From an uncultured Micavibrio sp. (GTDB lineage: Bacteria > Pseudomonadota > Alphaproteobacteria > Micavibrionales > UBA2020), in assembly GCA_964534445.1 (NCBI GenBank), contig CAZHOE010000001.1:550493-614492 (forward strand): a stretch of 64,000 nt of DNA. The letters run 5' to 3'. Every line of letters begins with the position of its first letter. The first letter of the stretch is position 1. The position numbers and the translations under genes were made by a program. Below, piece by piece: positions 63,352-64,000 of the stretch. The notes below the pieces were generated by a model. The model ran no database searches. It was not told the DNA's origin and saw nothing but the letters and a program-made list of their open reading frames with translations.

Positions 63352-64000
63352 TCATCGGCAGACACAGGAATTGCCCCATGGAGAAATATTGCAAGTACAG
63401 CCCAAGCTGCGGATCCGGCTCGCGGAAAAACTCCACCAAGAACCGCGCCGTCCCGTAACCGGTCAGCAAAACACCAAACAGCATCCCCTGCATACGGCGG
63501 ATATTCGCATTCCGCGCCATAAAGAACAGGATGAGAAAAAGAACAATCCCTTCCAAAAAGGCTTCGTAAAGCTGGCTCGGATGGCGCGGCAAACCGCCGC
63601 CATAAGGAAAGTTCACCGCCCAAGGCACGGTCGTAATCCGCCCGAACAATTCACCGTTAATAAAATTGGCAATACGACCGAAAAACAGGCCGATCGGCAC
63701 AACGGTTGAAACAATATCCCCCATCGCCAGCGGGTGGATCTTGTGATAGCGGCAAAACGCCAGAATAACGAAAACAACGCCGGCAAGCCCGCCGTGGAAA
63801 GACATGCCGCCTTCCCAGATGTAAAACATGCTAAACGGGTTCGCGAGATATTCCTGAAAATTATAAAACAGCACATAGCCCGTGCGGCCACCCAGAATGA
63901 CGCCCAGCACCATCCACGGCAGGATGTTGTCGATATCTTCGCGGTTCGGGCGGCGGTCTTGGTCGCGGTCGGCCAGCCAGCCACCATACAGCCAGCCACC
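63275..64000 (-). CDS. lgt: Prolipoprotein diacylglyceryl transferase, 5' end beyond the right window edge
   Basis: The reading frame is open to base 64000 (...GGWLADRDQDRRPNREDIDNILPWMVLGVILGGRTGYVLFYN...WEGGMSFHGGLAG...GRIANFINGELFGR...PRHPSQLYE). Confidence 0.85.
   Translation of the reverse strand, partial: GGWLYGGWLADRDQDRRPNREDIDNILPWMVLGVILGGRTGYVLFYNFQEYLANPFSMFYIWEGGMSFHGGLAGVVFVILAFCRYHKIHPLAMGDIVSTVVPIGLFFGRIANFINGELFGRITTVPWAVNFPYGGGLPRHPSQLYEAFLEGIVLFLILFFMARNANIRRMQGMLFGVLLTGYGTARFLVEFFREPDPQLGLYLQYFSMGQFLCLPMIAAGLFIIRYARKNATAKSEQKNQV

Noticed and set aside
1-64000. CRISPR arrays, IS elements or transposases, integrases, prophage genes, rRNA, and recognisable multi-gene defence systems (RM, CBASS, retron, etc.).
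   Set aside because: I found no regularly spaced direct repeats, no transposase, integrase or reverse-transcriptase-like ORFs, and no rRNA-like sequence while reading both strands. The only toxin-like gene is the solitary zeta-family kinase reported above.

Overview
The window is 64 kb of chromosome with an alphaproteobacterial flavour. Supporting blocks are prs-ctc-pth-ychF and lgt / NDUFAF7-like methyltransferase / yfiH, plus HIG1-type, ELM1-type and DsbB-type proteins. The species cannot be determined from sequence alone. I can support about 60 protein genes, one tRNA-Leu(CAA), one pseudogene remnant and several terminators and promoters. I saw no rRNA, CRISPR array, transposase, integrase or phage genes.

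Layout:
- 1-4.4 kb: an acetate/propionate kinase fused in frame to a PduL phosphotransacylase (open at the left edge), then a P-type ATPase.
- 4.7-6.1 kb: an unknown protein and a CBS protein.
- 6.5-10.9 kb: a cluster of small stress-type envelope proteins (CsbD-like, DUF1328, OmpA-like, PRC-barrel, DUF883, Gly-zipper lipoprotein). An orphan KdpE-like regulator sits inside it, with Glu in place of the phospho-acceptor Asp.
- 11-14.7 kb: a GH3 beta-glucosidase and a GH144-like beta-1,2-glucanase, both without signal peptides.
- 14.9-18 kb: a Kef-type antiporter and an ankyrin-like unknown protein.
- 18.3-37.7 kb: a dense, visibly AT-richer signalling island ending at the tRNA-Leu. It holds 6 histidine-kinase cores, 12 receiver domains and 1 HPt domain. 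It also holds a CheR/CheB pair, a TonB-dependent receptor and a YfiR-like protein. I recognise no output domain in it.
- 38-51 kb: a mixed set (sulfotransferase, YqaA-DsbB, ELM1-like, HNH, esterase, HIG1, GT9, YejA-like binding protein, adenosine kinase, TetR, EnvZ/OmpR-like pair, IlvE, family-6 UDG).
- 51.6-55.7 kb: methylcitrate genes prpC, prpB, prpD.
- 55.8-56.8 kb: a solitary zeta-toxin-like kinase.
- 56.9-64 kb: core genes.

The best candidate for an undescribed system is the operon at 18.35-24.44 kb. It encodes a REC-kinase, a CHASE3-GAF hybrid kinase with an MCP-like Glu-rich coiled coil, CheR, and a receiver-less CheB. This looks like a methylation-adaptation module attached to a two-component kinase, with no CheA, CheW or MCP in the window.
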